From the NCBI GenBank assembly GCA_037127815.1, contig JBAXXP010000001.1, positions 104,174 through 168,173 on the forward strand: a stretch of DNA of 64,000 nt, given 5' to 3'. The translations under genes were made by a program, and so were the position numbers. Within the stretch, counting starts at the first letter, position 1. Each line of letters opens with the position of its first letter. The notes under the pieces were generated by a model. That model saw only the letters and a list, made by a program, of their open reading frames with translations. It did not search any database and was not told the DNA's origin. This document shows positions 49,446 through 60,204 of the stretch, one piece after another. The stretch comes from a bacterium (GTDB lineage: Bacteria > Patescibacteriota > Minisyncoccia > Phycocordibacterales > CAIZLB01).

Positions 49446-50382
49446 TCTTCTCCTTACGTCCGTGAAAGTTTTTGTGTATGTCTTTTAGGTGTTTGTCTGT
49501 TACGTGTGTATATATTTGTGTCGTGACAATACTTGCATGCCCCAGAAGAGCTTGCACAGAGCGTAAATCGGCTCCATTTTGCAATAAATCTGTTGCAAAG
49601 CTGTGTCTTATAACGTGAGGTGTTACTTTTTTGGAAACCCCAGCACTTATTGAATGGTGTTTAACAAGTCTTTCAACAGACCTTGGTGTTATATCAAACA
49701 TCAATCCACTTGTAATATCAACTCGCTTCTTTAAATACTCCCTCAACGCCTGTTTTGCTGTCTCAGACATAAAAACCACTCTGACCTTGTCTCCCTTACC
49801 TCTAATTGAGAATTCGTCTTTATTCAAATCAAGATCCCTGGGCACGGAACATAATTCTGAGACACGAAGCCCTGTTGAAAACAGAAGCTCCATTATAGCC
49901 TTATCTCTTAGCCTCTTTTTTTCATCTTTCTCATTATCTGGAGATTTCAGTATTCTTTCGAGCTCTTCTATTGAAATATGGTCAATTTGCCTCTCCGGGA
50001 CCTTAGCAAGCTCTATATTATCAGGAGATAATATCTGTAGACCTCTTTTAGCCATATACTTTAAATAAGCCCTTAAGGCAATAAGGTAGTAGTTTTGAGT
50101 CCTTTTTTTAATAAAACTAGTGCCTGTTTTTGTTGCAAATGAACGCCTGTTTAGGAAAAGCCTGTATTCTCTTAGTTTTTCCTCAGTTATGTCTGATGGG
50201 CAATCTGATTTAAGAAATTCTAGAAAAAGATCGAGATATCGATTATAGTTATCGACTGTTTTTAAACTCCTACCTTTTTCAATCTCTGTATATTCTAAAA
50301 AGTGGCGTTTTAAAGTCCCCAAACTCGATTTTACATCGGTCTGGCCACCAAACTTATCATCAACAGAGTTATTGTGCGACAT
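49438..50382 (-). CDS. Tyrosine recombinase XerC/XerD family
   Basis: C-terminal R..HVIRHSFAT..GADLRSVQALLGHASIVTTQIYTHV catalytic box. Confidence 0.85.
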   Translation of the reverse strand: MSHNNSVDDKFGGQTDVKSSLGTLKRHFLEYTEIEKGRSLKTVDNYNRYLDLFLEFLKSDCPSDITEEKLREYRLFLNRRSFATKTGTSFIKKRTQNYYLIALRAYLKYMAKRGLQILSPDNIELAKVPERQIDHISIEELERILKSPDNEKDEKKRLRDKAIMELLFSTGLRVSELCSVPRDLDLNKDEFSIRGKGDKVRVVFMSETAKQALREYLKKRVDITSGLMFDITPRSVERLVKHHSISAGVSKKVTPHVIRHSFATDLLQNGADLRSVQALLGHASIVTTQIYTHVTDKHLKDIHKNFHGRKEKND

Positions 50383-50506
50383 GCTTAAATTATATCACCT
50401 ATATTAGACTGTACAAACCTATTGTACCAACAAGACTACTGAGAATAGCCCTGAACACACAAAAACACTTGCCTGCAATGTTCTTTTGTGATATTATCTC
50501 AAAACC

Positions 50507-50785
50507 ATGTTAACCAAGACAAAGAAACAAAAAATTATAAAAGAAGTGCAGATTCACGCAACTGATACAGGAAGCGCTGAGGCACAGATTGGAATTTTAA
50601 GTAAAAGAATTGAAGAATTAACAAAACACCTTAAGATTCATGCTAAAGATAACCACTCAAGAAGAGGGCTTCTTCAAATGGTTGCAGACAGACAAACACT
50701 TCTAAAGTATTTGCAAAAAAAGAACTCTGCTAGATACGATGTTGTAATCAAGAAACTTGATTTAAAGAAAAAGTCAGCCAACTAA
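50507..50785 (+). CDS. rpsO: 30S ribosomal protein S15
   Basis: 92 aa; HATDTGSAEAQIGILS...HLKIHAKDNHSRRGLL. Confidence 0.92.
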   Translation: MLTKTKKQKIIKEVQIHATDTGSAEAQIGILSKRIEELTKHLKIHAKDNHSRRGLLQMVADRQTLLKYLQKKNSARYDVVIKKLDLKKKSAN

Positions 50786-50994
50786 GCATCTAGTCTAGAC
50801 AATATATAAAAACGCTTTCGTCTTTATATATTTTACAAACTCCGTCAGATTCTATATTTTTTAAATAAGCTACCCAGTCAACATTAGGACAATTTTTAAA
50901 TAATTTTTATAAATAGTTTCATTTGGGCTCATGGTATTTTAATAAAACACACTTAGACCATATTAAATGGTTCATTTTAAGCATAATTTAAGAC

Positions 50995-51702
50995 ATGACA
51001 GTAATTAAACACAAACAACAACGTGTTGGAGTTTTTATTGATACACAAAATCTTTATCACAGCGCAAAGAATCTTTATCATGCGCGAGTAAACTTTGGGG
51101 CAATAATGAAGGAAGCTGTAGCGGGTAGATCATTAATAAGAGCGATAGCCTACGTTATAACAACAGAAAGTGGTGATGAAACCAATTTTTTTGATGCACT
51201 TGGTAAGCTAGGGATAGAAACGAAAACTAAAAATCTTCAAATTTTTAGTGGGGGAGCAAAAAAGGGGGATTGGGATGTAGGTTTGGCGGTGGATGCAATT
51301 AAACTAGCACCAAAATTAGATACAGTTATTATTGCTTCTGGCGATGGAGATTTTTGTCCCTTAGTTGAATATCTACAAACAAACGAGGGTTGCCAAGTAG
51401 AAGTTATTTCTTTTGGAAAATCTTCTTCTCAAAAACTAAAGGAAGTAGCTGATGACTTTATCGACATGTGTGACAGTCCTTCAAAATACGTTATGATGCA
51501 GAACTCACAACAAAACACCGGAGAGAGGGGTAATAGGCAAGAGAGACCTAATAAAGAGATTCAAACGAGACCAAAGAATAATCCTGCACCAAAAAAACAA
51601 TCAAAAAACTCTAACGAAAACAAACCTATTACCACAAACACAAGAAAGGATTTTGATTTTTTTGACCCTGAAGAAAGACCAGATTCAAAATTTGATATAT
51701 AA
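50995..51702 (+). CDS. NYN-domain (LabA-like) predicted ribonuclease with low-complexity C-terminal tail
   Basis: VFIDTQNLY, GDWDVGLAVDAI, IIASGDGDFCPLVEYL motifs. Confidence 0.75.
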   Translation: MTVIKHKQQRVGVFIDTQNLYHSAKNLYHARVNFGAIMKEAVAGRSLIRAIAYVITTESGDETNFFDALGKLGIETKTKNLQIFSGGAKKGDWDVGLAVDAIKLAPKLDTVIIASGDGDFCPLVEYLQTNEGCQVEVISFGKSSSQKLKEVADDFIDMCDSPSKYVMMQNSQQNTGERGNRQERPNKEIQTRPKNNPAPKKQSKNSNENKPITTNTRKDFDFFDPEERPDSKFDI

Positions 51703-51710
51703 TAATATTA

Positions 51711-52835
51711 ATGGATCCAATAGAACAAAAACCAGCACGATTATATCCAAATGCAGATAGGGGATCTGCAGGGATTAACGTCATGCCAACTAGACTTAGT
51801 ACCAACGCTGACGATCCTTCAAAAAAAGAAGGCGACACAAAACCGCTAGTCCACATACAAGATGTATTATCTCAGAAAAAAAACGATACACCTTATAAAA
51901 CTAGTTCCGTTCACACATTCAAAGATGATATGGCGGCAGAATCATCGAAGGGAAATTTTTCTATTGGTAAAATTGTTATGGCCAACAGCAAAAAGGCGCA
52001 TGAAGAGGAAAACAATAATAGAAACGCACAAGATACAAACAACCATATCGGGATTAAGTTAGGTGTAATATTTTTATGCATAATAATAATTGGAGCGCTT
52101 GCATACCTGGGTTTAAACTTAGCAAAAACTCCACAAGAGGTAAGCAACCAGGCAAACCCCACAGAACAGGTTGTGAATGGTATTCTGTACTCCGAACAAA
52201 ACGTAACCTTACCGGTTAACAATAAGACAAAAGCCAACATATACAAAGATATTTCCAAAGAAATATCTTCAGTGAAAATCCCAACAGGCAAGATGAAGTC
52301 TCTTATCTTTACATATCAAGAGGGGGCAAGTACCACACAAATATCTGCCTCTGATTTTTTAAACCTGATTGCACCTAGCGCACCCGACATACTTGTTAGA
52401 AATATTAGGAAAGAATATGTCTTCGGATATTATTCTTACGACACAAGTGAGCCTTTTATTATCCTAAAATCATCAAATTACGACTCTGTATTTGCTGGAA
52501 TGTTAGATTGGGAAAAAAGCATGTATGCAGACTTGGGAGAACTACTAGTAAATAAAGATTCTATATCTGTAGCACCAACAAACATCACATCAGCATCAAC
52601 TACCTCAACAACACCAACACCATCAACAACAGATACCGTTATAAAAACAGAATATGATACAGGTTTTGTTGATAAAATAATTTCTAATAATGACACAAGG
52701 GTTTTGTATAGACAAAATGGTAATATTGCGTTCTTTTATACCTTTTTCAATAAAGATACTGTCATTATCGCAACAAGCGAACAATCACTTCGTGAGATTA
52801 TTTACAGACTTACATCAGGTAAAATAACAAGGTAA
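51711..52835 (+). CDS. Hypothetical single-pass membrane protein
   Basis: 374 aa; one TM (IGIKLGVIFLCIIIIGALAYLGL), T/S-rich; no family recognised. Confidence 0.5.
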   Translation: MDPIEQKPARLYPNADRGSAGINVMPTRLSTNADDPSKKEGDTKPLVHIQDVLSQKKNDTPYKTSSVHTFKDDMAAESSKGNFSIGKIVMANSKKAHEEENNNRNAQDTNNHIGIKLGVIFLCIIIIGALAYLGLNLAKTPQEVSNQANPTEQVVNGILYSEQNVTLPVNNKTKANIYKDISKEISSVKIPTGKMKSLIFTYQEGASTTQISASDFLNLIAPSAPDILVRNIRKEYVFGYYSYDTSEPFIILKSSNYDSVFAGMLDWEKSMYADLGELLVNKDSISVAPTNITSASTTSTTPTPSTTDTVIKTEYDTGFVDKIISNNDTRVLYRQNGNIAFFYTFFNKDTVIIATSEQSLREIIYRLTSGKITR

Positions 52836-52947
52836 TCGTCTTTGGTCATTTGGGTGGCAACGACAGTATTATTTCTTTATAAAAACTTCTGTTTTATTTT
52901 ATAATTACTTTATAGAAACTTTATACCTTATTTGATACAATATACAA

Positions 52948-53301
52948 ATGAACTTAGATATACAAAAATACAAAAACAAATTAGAAAATGAATTAACTAG
53001 ACTGGAAAAAGAAATACAAGAAATATCCCAAAAAGAAAATGGAACAACATGGGAAGCTATTCAAACAGAAACAGGTGAGGATACTGCAGACAGGGAAGAC
53101 GTTGCAGAATCTATTGAGAATTACGCATCAAATGTCTCCATCACTTCTGATTTAGAAAAGAATATTATTGATATAAAAGAAGCATTGTTTAAGATACAAT
53201 CAAACACATATGGTCTGTGTGAAGTGTGCCAGACTGAAATAGAAGAAGATAGATTAGATGTTCTTCCTGAGGCTAGGACTTGCAAGGAACACATGAAATA
53301 G
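52948..53301 (+). CDS. DksA/TraR-family C4 zinc-finger protein
   Basis: coiled-coil N-terminus and C-terminal CEVC...EDRLDVLPEARTCKEH zinc finger. Confidence 0.7.
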   Translation: MNLDIQKYKNKLENELTRLEKEIQEISQKENGTTWEAIQTETGEDTADREDVAESIENYASNVSITSDLEKNIIDIKEALFKIQSNTYGLCEVCQTEIEEDRLDVLPEARTCKEHMK

Positions 53302-53387
53302 TTTTGTTTTCTTGATATTTTTATAACAGTATTTGTCTTTTTATATCCTTGGATTTCTGGTATTTTTTAACCTGTCTCATATAAAAA

Positions 53388-54971
53388 TTGTATATATCTT
53401 GCAAAGGAATAACCCAAGAGGGAATCTTGTGCCAACTTGTTGATGTTGAATTAGACATCTCAAGAGGTCTTTTTTCTTTTTTAATTGTAGGTTTAGCTGA
53501 TAAGTGTATTGGAGAATCCAGGGAAAGAATAATTTCTGCTATTAAAAACAGCGGTTTTTCCTCTCCAAAAACAAAAAATCATAAAATAACAGTCTCACTT
53601 GTTCCTGCCGGTATTAAAAAAGAAGGTGTATTATTAGACCTTCCTATTTCCCTTGCTTATCTTGCTGCCTCTGGAGCTGTAAACAAAAAAGCTTTAGAAA
53701 ACTCAATTTTTATTGGAGAACTTGGCTTAGATGGATCTATCAAGCAAAATAATTCTCTAGCCTCCATCATTAGTTCACTTCACAAGGAACAAACCGGTAG
53801 AGTAAATCCAGTTATTTTATATAGCAATTTTGAAGATAAACAGACCAACCTAATTAAACAATTAAGCATTGAGGGAATAATAATTCATAAATTTACCTAT
53901 TTAATGGACTTAATAGTATTTCTAAATACTGGGGTACAGAACAAAGAAAATGATAGTAAGGGGGTGTTGATGGAAAAAAACCTCATTACAAATATAAGCA
54001 ACGGTGCTAGTAATGCAAATGCAAGCAACAGCACTTGTACTGACATAATTTATGAGATTGATTCTGTTGTTGGACAGGAAAAGGCAAAAAGGGCTATTTT
54101 AATATCAATGTGTGCCGGATATAACATAATAATGGCGGGGCCGCCTGGTGTTGGTAAAACAATGCTAGCAAGAAGTATGCACCAACTTCTTCCCACCCTA
54201 AAACCGGATGAATATATAGAAGTACTTTCCACACACAACAAACTAGAGAGACCCTTTAGATCCCCTCATCATACAAGTAGTTATTCCTCAATCATCGGAG
54301 GAGGGAGTCCTATAAACGCAGGTGAAATTACAAAGGCTCACAAAGGAATTTTATTTCTTGATGAACTACCTGAATTCAACAAAAATATTATTGAATCCCT
54401 GAGACAACCCCTTGAACAGGGGATAATACAAATCAACAGAACAGGTAATACTGTCACATTACCTTGTAAAATTATGTGTGTTTGCGCAATGAACCTGTGT
54501 CCCTGTGGTAACAGAGGTATACCAAAAAAAGACTGCATTTGCAATGGAAACAAAATTAGTATCTATCAACAAAAAGTATCACAACCTTTTTTGGAGCGCT
54601 TTCATGTATCTATAAATTTACCTCACGAGGTTAATCACCATAAAAAAACACTAAAGGCGCCAAATGGCCTTATGGGTTATCAAATGACAAAAACCATAAA
54701 TCATTTTAACAAAATGAGCGTCGCTTTTTTATGGAACGATACTGAATCAGAACTACTTGATGAGAATTCAGAGCGAAGAAGTTTTTCCATGAGAGCTATA
54801 AAACAAATCAAGGATATAACAGAAACCATTTGTCTAATAGACTATATTGAGTCAAACTTGCTTAGTATGCAGTTGCAAACCAGGAATACAGAACTTGATT
54901 CAAAACAAAAACTTATTATCCAAAAGAAACATCTAATTGAAGCCTTCTCCTACAAAAACAACCTCTGGTAA
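53388..54971 (+). CDS. comM: YifB/ComM-family Mg-chelatase-like AAA+ ATPase
   Basis: N-terminal Lon-like domain, Walker A GPPGVGKTM, ChlI-type motifs. Confidence 0.85.
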   Translation: MYISCKGITQEGILCQLVDVELDISRGLFSFLIVGLADKCIGESRERIISAIKNSGFSSPKTKNHKITVSLVPAGIKKEGVLLDLPISLAYLAASGAVNKKALENSIFIGELGLDGSIKQNNSLASIISSLHKEQTGRVNPVILYSNFEDKQTNLIKQLSIEGIIIHKFTYLMDLIVFLNTGVQNKENDSKGVLMEKNLITNISNGASNANASNSTCTDIIYEIDSVVGQEKAKRAILISMCAGYNIIMAGPPGVGKTMLARSMHQLLPTLKPDEYIEVLSTHNKLERPFRSPHHTSSYSSIIGGGSPINAGEITKAHKGILFLDELPEFNKNIIESLRQPLEQGIIQINRTGNTVTLPCKIMCVCAMNLCPCGNRGIPKKDCICNGNKISIYQQKVSQPFLERFHVSINLPHEVNHHKKTLKAPNGLMGYQMTKTINHFNKMSVAFLWNDTESELLDENSERRSFSMRAIKQIKDITETICLIDYIESNLLSMQLQTRNTELDSKQKLIIQKKHLIEAFSYKNNLW

Positions 54972-55036
54972 GCCAGAGGTTGTAAAACAAGAACTTCATC
55001 ACTCTAAATTATAAAGAAGGGTTAGCTTGGTGAATA

Positions 55037-56062
55037 TTAGAATGGATTTCTCCCTCCACGAACCTCAAAGTGCAAGTGAACTCCTGTTGATTGACCTGTG
55101 TTTCCCATTCTTCCTATTTGCTGACCTTTGTTAACATGTGATCCTGCGCTTACTGATGTTGAACTTAAGTGACCATACAAAGTTTGTGTTCCATTGGCGT
55201 GCTTGATAACCACATAATCCCCATAACCTCCATTCCAACCACTATTTTTACTAATGATGACAGTTCCTTCAGCAGCCGCTAATATTGGAACGAAAGCCCC
55301 ACCAAATGAGGCTAGGTCTACACCATTGTGTCCATGAAGACCTTGGGTTCTAACACCACCGTTGACTGGTCTTTTAAAATACCCAGCTAAATTTGAAGAT
55401 GGTTTTGGTGAGGGTTTAACTTTGGTTGGAACCACTTCAATTTCAGCGTTTGGAATTATAATCTCTTGGCCAACAATAAGACCTGCAGACTGGTCTATGT
55501 TGTTGTAACTTATGATTTCAGCAACATCTGACTTAAATTTCTTAGCAAGATCTTCTACATGATCACCTTTCTTTACTGTATATTTAATACCGGTGATTGG
55601 TAAAATAACAATTACCTGATCTGGTTTAAGTTCAGTTCCTGATTTTAGATCATTTGCCCAATAGATAGTATTTGATGTAACGCCAAACATTTTGGCAACC
55701 AGCGCGATAGTATCTCCTTTTCTAACTGTGTAAAGACTAATTTGATCAGAGTTGTTTCCTTCATCAACAAGAGACCCATCTAGGGCGCTGTTTTCATTTG
55801 TGACAGCATAGCCATCAACAATAGACTTATCTTGAGCCGCATTAGCACCAGCCACCTCAGCACTGTTCGCCGCCTCCAACAGATTTATGTTGTTTATATT
55901 TAATTCAGGGTATGCCAAAGCCTCTTCTGTGACAGCCACAGCGTTTGAAGAAAGAACCTTGTTTTGTGAATTACCTAAAATACCAGACTTTACCCAATCC
56001 AAAACACCAAAAACATCCGCTTTAGCATAAAACGGATATATCATTACGGTCAAAACAAGCAA
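55037..56062 (-). CDS. Secreted LysM (x2) plus M23 (LytM) peptidoglycan endopeptidase; start codon uncertain
   Basis: YTVRKGDTIALVAKMFG and YTVKKGDHVEDLAKKFK LysM; M23 HxxxD...HLHFE motifs; in-frame upstream extension lacks ATG. Confidence 0.8.
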   Translation of the reverse strand: MLVLTVMIYPFYAKADVFGVLDWVKSGILGNSQNKVLSSNAVAVTEEALAYPELNINNINLLEAANSAEVAGANAAQDKSIVDGYAVTNENSALDGSLVDEGNNSDQISLYTVRKGDTIALVAKMFGVTSNTIYWANDLKSGTELKPDQVIVILPITGIKYTVKKGDHVEDLAKKFKSDVAEIISYNNIDQSAGLIVGQEIIIPNAEIEVVPTKVKPSPKPSSNLAGYFKRPVNGGVRTQGLHGHNGVDLASFGGAFVPILAAAEGTVIISKNSGWNGGYGDYVVIKHANGTQTLYGHLSSTSVSAGSHVNKGQQIGRMGNTGQSTGVHLHFEVRGGRNPF

Positions 56063-56416
56063 AATTATTGATGTTTTTGTGACCTTTTCTATCGCTCGTC
56101 CTTTTTTATGACGCAGAATTTCTGTAGGTCTGTTTTTAGGATCGAGGTCTTGAGGGGTTATTAAAATAACTTTAGATTAATTGATAGAATTTCTCTGGGT
56201 ATAATAGGGCTTAAAATAAAGCATTATTAGTTAGAACAAACTGTGTACCTATATATGTTAGAGATATTTTGAATCAAAGTCAACGGTTTTATTAAGACCA
56301 ACACAATAGTAAAAATAGGTCAAACGAGATAAAAAAAGGGTACTAGCCAGCTTTGTGATATAGTATTTATACTAAAAATAAAAGTAAATAATCGTAAAAA
56401 TAAATTCAAATTAAAA

Positions 56417-58393
56417 ATGCATCCACAAACACAATCACAAGCATTAACCGGTCTAAATGAAATGCAAAAAGAGGCAGTCACAACACTACATGGACCTCTA
56501 CTTATATTGGCTGGGGCTGGGGCTGGCAAAACAAAAACCGTTACACACAGAATTCTAAACTTAATAGAAAACGGTGTTTCCCCTGAATCAATTCTCGCTA
56601 TTACCTTTACAAATAAAGCCGCTAAGGAAATGCGTGAGCGTGTGGAACATTTAATTGGAAGCAGCAGAGAGATGAATCTACCTATTCATAACTTCTCAAA
56701 GCCTTTCGTATCAACATTTCACTCCCTTTGTCTAAATATATTAAAAGAGTCAGGTGACGCAATTGGCATTCCTCGTAATTTTACAATTTACGACAAAAGT
56801 GATTCCAAACAAGCCATAAGAGAGGCCGTAAACTCACTTGGTTATGACATTAAAATGGTTGAACCTAATAAAATAATGTCTATAATTTCAAGAGAAAAGA
56901 GCAATTTTTCATCTATTGGGGCGTATGAAGCGGTAAATGGAGAAGATCATTTTGGGGCGATAGTAACAGCGGTCTGGAAAAAATATGCTGAGGCACTTTT
57001 TAAAGAAAAAGCTCTTGATTTTGACGATTTATTATATAAAGCGGCTGTTCTCCTTAAAACAAAGCCTGAAATTAGGGCTATGTATCAGAATCGATTCAAA
57101 TTTATTCATATTGACGAATATCAGGATACAAATGGTATTCAATATGAGCTTGCTCGTCTTTTGGTAGGACCTGAACATAATATTGCCGTAGTCGGGGATA
57201 TTGATCAGGCTATTTATAGCTGGAGAGGGGCCAATATAAAGAACATTATGAAATTTGAGACTGATTATCCAGAAGCTAAGGTTATTTTACTTGAAGAAAA
57301 CTATAGATCCACAAAAACGATACTCTCTGCAGCAAATGAAATAATTAAGAAAAACATATTTAGAAAAGACAAGAATCTGTTCACAAACAATGAGGATGGG
57401 GAATTAATAACCCTATATAACGCTTATGATGAGAACGATGAAGCAAATCATGTAGCCAATACATCTAGAGATTTAATAGCTGAAGGCAAAAAAGCGGAAA
57501 AAATAGCCGTTTTATACAGAACAAACTCACAGTCGCGTGCTCTTGAAGAGGCTTTTCTTAGAAAAGGCATAGATTACCAACTCCTAGGAACAAGATTCTT
57601 TGAAAGAAGGGAGGTTAAAGATGTTATTTCCTACGCACGAGCAGCACTTAATCCAGAAAGTCTTGCTGATATAAAGAGAATAATAAACACCCCAGTAAGA
57701 GGAATCGGAAAGGTGACGCTCATTAAGATAATGGCTGATCAAACAGCGGGACTTCCTTCTGCAACAAAACTTAAGGTTGATAACTTTTACGCATTACTAT
57801 CCAGTATTAAGAACCAAATTGAAACACAAAGACCATCGGTTGCAATAAAATTTATTATTGAAAAAACAGGAATAGAGGCAGCACTCAAAGCAGAGAATGA
57901 TAAAGAAGAAGACCGAGTTGGAAACATTAGAGAATTAGTAACACTTGCTACAAGATACGATGACATGCCAGGAAAAGAGGGAATTGAAAAACTTATCGAA
58001 GATGCCGTGCTCGCTAGTGATCAAGATTCTTTAAATGAAAAGACTGCAAAAAATAACGGAACAGGTGTGAAACTTATGACCGTTCACGCTTCCAAAGGTC
58101 TAGAGTTTGATTATGTTTTTATAACCGGACTGGAGCAAGATTTATTTCCAAGTGGTAGATCATCAGAAGGAAAATCCGGAGAAGATCAAGAGGAAGAAAG
58201 GAGATTATTTTATGTTGCCTTAACCCGTGCTCGCACAAAACTTTATTTATCTTACGCTAACATGAGAACAATCTTTGGAAGCAAACAAATCAATTTACCA
58301 TCTGAGTTTATAAAGGACATTAGTGATACACTTATCGAGAGACATGATCAGGAAATATCTGGGGGAATAAAATCTATTTTTATAGATTTCTAG
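56417..58393 (+). CDS. pcrA: ATP-dependent DNA helicase PcrA/UvrD family
   Basis: 658 aa; Walker A AGAGAGKTKT, UvrD helicase motifs I to VI. Confidence 0.9.
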   Translation: MHPQTQSQALTGLNEMQKEAVTTLHGPLLILAGAGAGKTKTVTHRILNLIENGVSPESILAITFTNKAAKEMRERVEHLIGSSREMNLPIHNFSKPFVSTFHSLCLNILKESGDAIGIPRNFTIYDKSDSKQAIREAVNSLGYDIKMVEPNKIMSIISREKSNFSSIGAYEAVNGEDHFGAIVTAVWKKYAEALFKEKALDFDDLLYKAAVLLKTKPEIRAMYQNRFKFIHIDEYQDTNGIQYELARLLVGPEHNIAVVGDIDQAIYSWRGANIKNIMKFETDYPEAKVILLEENYRSTKTILSAANEIIKKNIFRKDKNLFTNNEDGELITLYNAYDENDEANHVANTSRDLIAEGKKAEKIAVLYRTNSQSRALEEAFLRKGIDYQLLGTRFFERREVKDVISYARAALNPESLADIKRIINTPVRGIGKVTLIKIMADQTAGLPSATKLKVDNFYALLSSIKNQIETQRPSVAIKFIIEKTGIEAALKAENDKEEDRVGNIRELVTLATRYDDMPGKEGIEKLIEDAVLASDQDSLNEKTAKNNGTGVKLMTVHASKGLEFDYVFITGLEQDLFPSGRSSEGKSGEDQEEERRLFYVALTRARTKLYLSYANMRTIFGSKQINLPSEFIKDISDTLIERHDQEISGGIKSIFIDF

Positions 58394-58446
58394 ATCTTAA
58401 ATATTGTAAATCAATTAAGAGTTTCAAGCAGAAAAATATATTTCAA

Positions 58447-59355
58447 ATGAAAAATCCAAATTTAAAAAACAACAGAAGAAGACTCACAAAACAAACAGAA
58501 CAAGAAGGTTTCATTTCTTCAGGTGAGCCAGTGGGGGAAACAATGAAGGATTCTGTGTTTGCAAAAAAATCTCTTGGTCAAAATTTTTTAAAGTCCCAAA
58601 AGGCACTCAATCAAATTATTGAGGGTGCTGGTGACCTAAGGGATAAGACAGTCCTTGAAATTGGCCCTGGAATGGGTTCATTAACCGAAAGACTAATCAA
58701 AACCCCCGCAAGCAAAATAATTCTAATTGAGATGGATGATAGGCTAATTCCAATACTTACTGAGAAATTTGCTGATGAAATTAAAAACAAAAGAATGGAA
58801 ATTGTTCATGATGATATTTTAAAAGTAAATTTAAATTCAATTGGTCTTACAAAAGGTAATTACAGTTTGATTGCAAATATTCCATATTACATAACAGGTG
58901 CAATTATAAGAAATATTATTGGTGGTGATATTTATCCAGAAAGAGCTGTGGTTTTAGTACAAAAAGAAGTTGCAGAAAGAATAATTTCTCGTGATAAAAA
59001 AGGAAGCCTATTGTCTATCGCCGTGAAAGCAATTGGCGATCCAAAAATAATTGGCAAGGTTCCAAAAGGTGCCTTTGTTCCATCGCCAAAAGTTGATTCC
59101 GCAATACTATTAATTGATAATATTTCAAAAAAAACATTTGACGAAAGTTCTAAAAAAGAAAAAAGGTTTTTTGATATCCTACACGCTGGTTTTGCACACA
59201 AAAGAAAATTATTGAAGAGCAATTTAAAAGAACATAATATTTTTATTGATGCTGAAAAAGCATTAGAGGTGTGTAATATAAAAAGTGACGCAAGATCTGA
59301 AACATTAACATTAGAACAGTGGAAAAAATTATCATCTCTTGATATACTTTACTAG
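58447..59355 (+). CDS. rsmA: 16S rRNA (adenine1518/1519-N6)-dimethyltransferase with N-terminal extension
   Basis: LGQNFL, EIGPGMGSLTE SAM motif. Confidence 0.9.
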   Translation: MKNPNLKNNRRRLTKQTEQEGFISSGEPVGETMKDSVFAKKSLGQNFLKSQKALNQIIEGAGDLRDKTVLEIGPGMGSLTERLIKTPASKIILIEMDDRLIPILTEKFADEIKNKRMEIVHDDILKVNLNSIGLTKGNYSLIANIPYYITGAIIRNIIGGDIYPERAVVLVQKEVAERIISRDKKGSLLSIAVKAIGDPKIIGKVPKGAFVPSPKVDSAILLIDNISKKTFDESSKKEKRFFDILHAGFAHKRKLLKSNLKEHNIFIDAEKALEVCNIKSDARSETLTLEQWKKLSSLDILY

Positions 59356-60194
59356 TGAAAAATTCTAATTCTCATAATAAAGTTTTAATACTTGGTGCGA
59401 TATGTATTTCAATTCTAGCTGGAGTTCTATCTTACAGAATTGCAGATATTAAAAATCAGCAAGACTTAAATAAGCGACCAAAAATTTCTGATGTTTTTGA
59501 CATAACGGGGGAAAAAGAGGACCCTACAACCAACAGAATTTTAACAGCCATAGATAATTCAAACAATTCACTTGAAGCATTGTTACCCCAAGTTGATCCA
59601 TTCACAATAACAGATAGTGATTCAGCAACAGCGAGAATGGCAAAACAAGTTTATTCTGACTATGTTAATCAAGAGGCAGGAAACTCTGATCTAACCGTAG
59701 CAGACATAGCCCAGAATGCCTTAGGTCAAATGTCAGGTTCAGACATGCCAAGGCTTAAGTATAATTTTAATAATATTACACTAACCGAGAGGTCTGATAG
59801 TGAGGATTTGAGACTTTATGGAAATAATTTTGCGGAAATATATACCAGAAATTTAAACTTAGTCGCACAGAATCAACAAAAATACTCAAATAGCTTAGCA
59901 GCATTGGCGGATGTTTATGAGAATATAAGCAAGGAATTACTCAAAATTAAATGTCCAATCGGTCTTTCTTCGTATCATCTAACAGTTGTAAATAATTTTC
60001 AAGTTCTAGCTGACTCATTTAGATTAATAGACATGCAAAGTCAAGATCCTGTTAAATCTCTTCTTGGTGTTAAATCAGCCAAGGAAGCAGGAGCCGAAAA
60101 CGATCAAATGTTTATAAATATTAGTAAGTATTTTAAAAAGAATGGTATAATTTTTAGCAATAATGAAATAGGGGTGATATGGAACTCCAACTAA
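59355..60194 (+). CDS. Hypothetical membrane-anchored protein
   Basis: 279 aa; N-terminal TM anchor; no family recognised. Confidence 0.5.
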   Translation: MKNSNSHNKVLILGAICISILAGVLSYRIADIKNQQDLNKRPKISDVFDITGEKEDPTTNRILTAIDNSNNSLEALLPQVDPFTITDSDSATARMAKQVYSDYVNQEAGNSDLTVADIAQNALGQMSGSDMPRLKYNFNNITLTERSDSEDLRLYGNNFAEIYTRNLNLVAQNQQKYSNSLAALADVYENISKELLKIKCPIGLSSYHLTVVNNFQVLADSFRLIDMQSQDPVKSLLGVKSAKEAGAENDQMFINISKYFKKNGIIFSNNEIGVIWNSN

Positions 60195-60204
60195 ACAATT
60201 AAAA

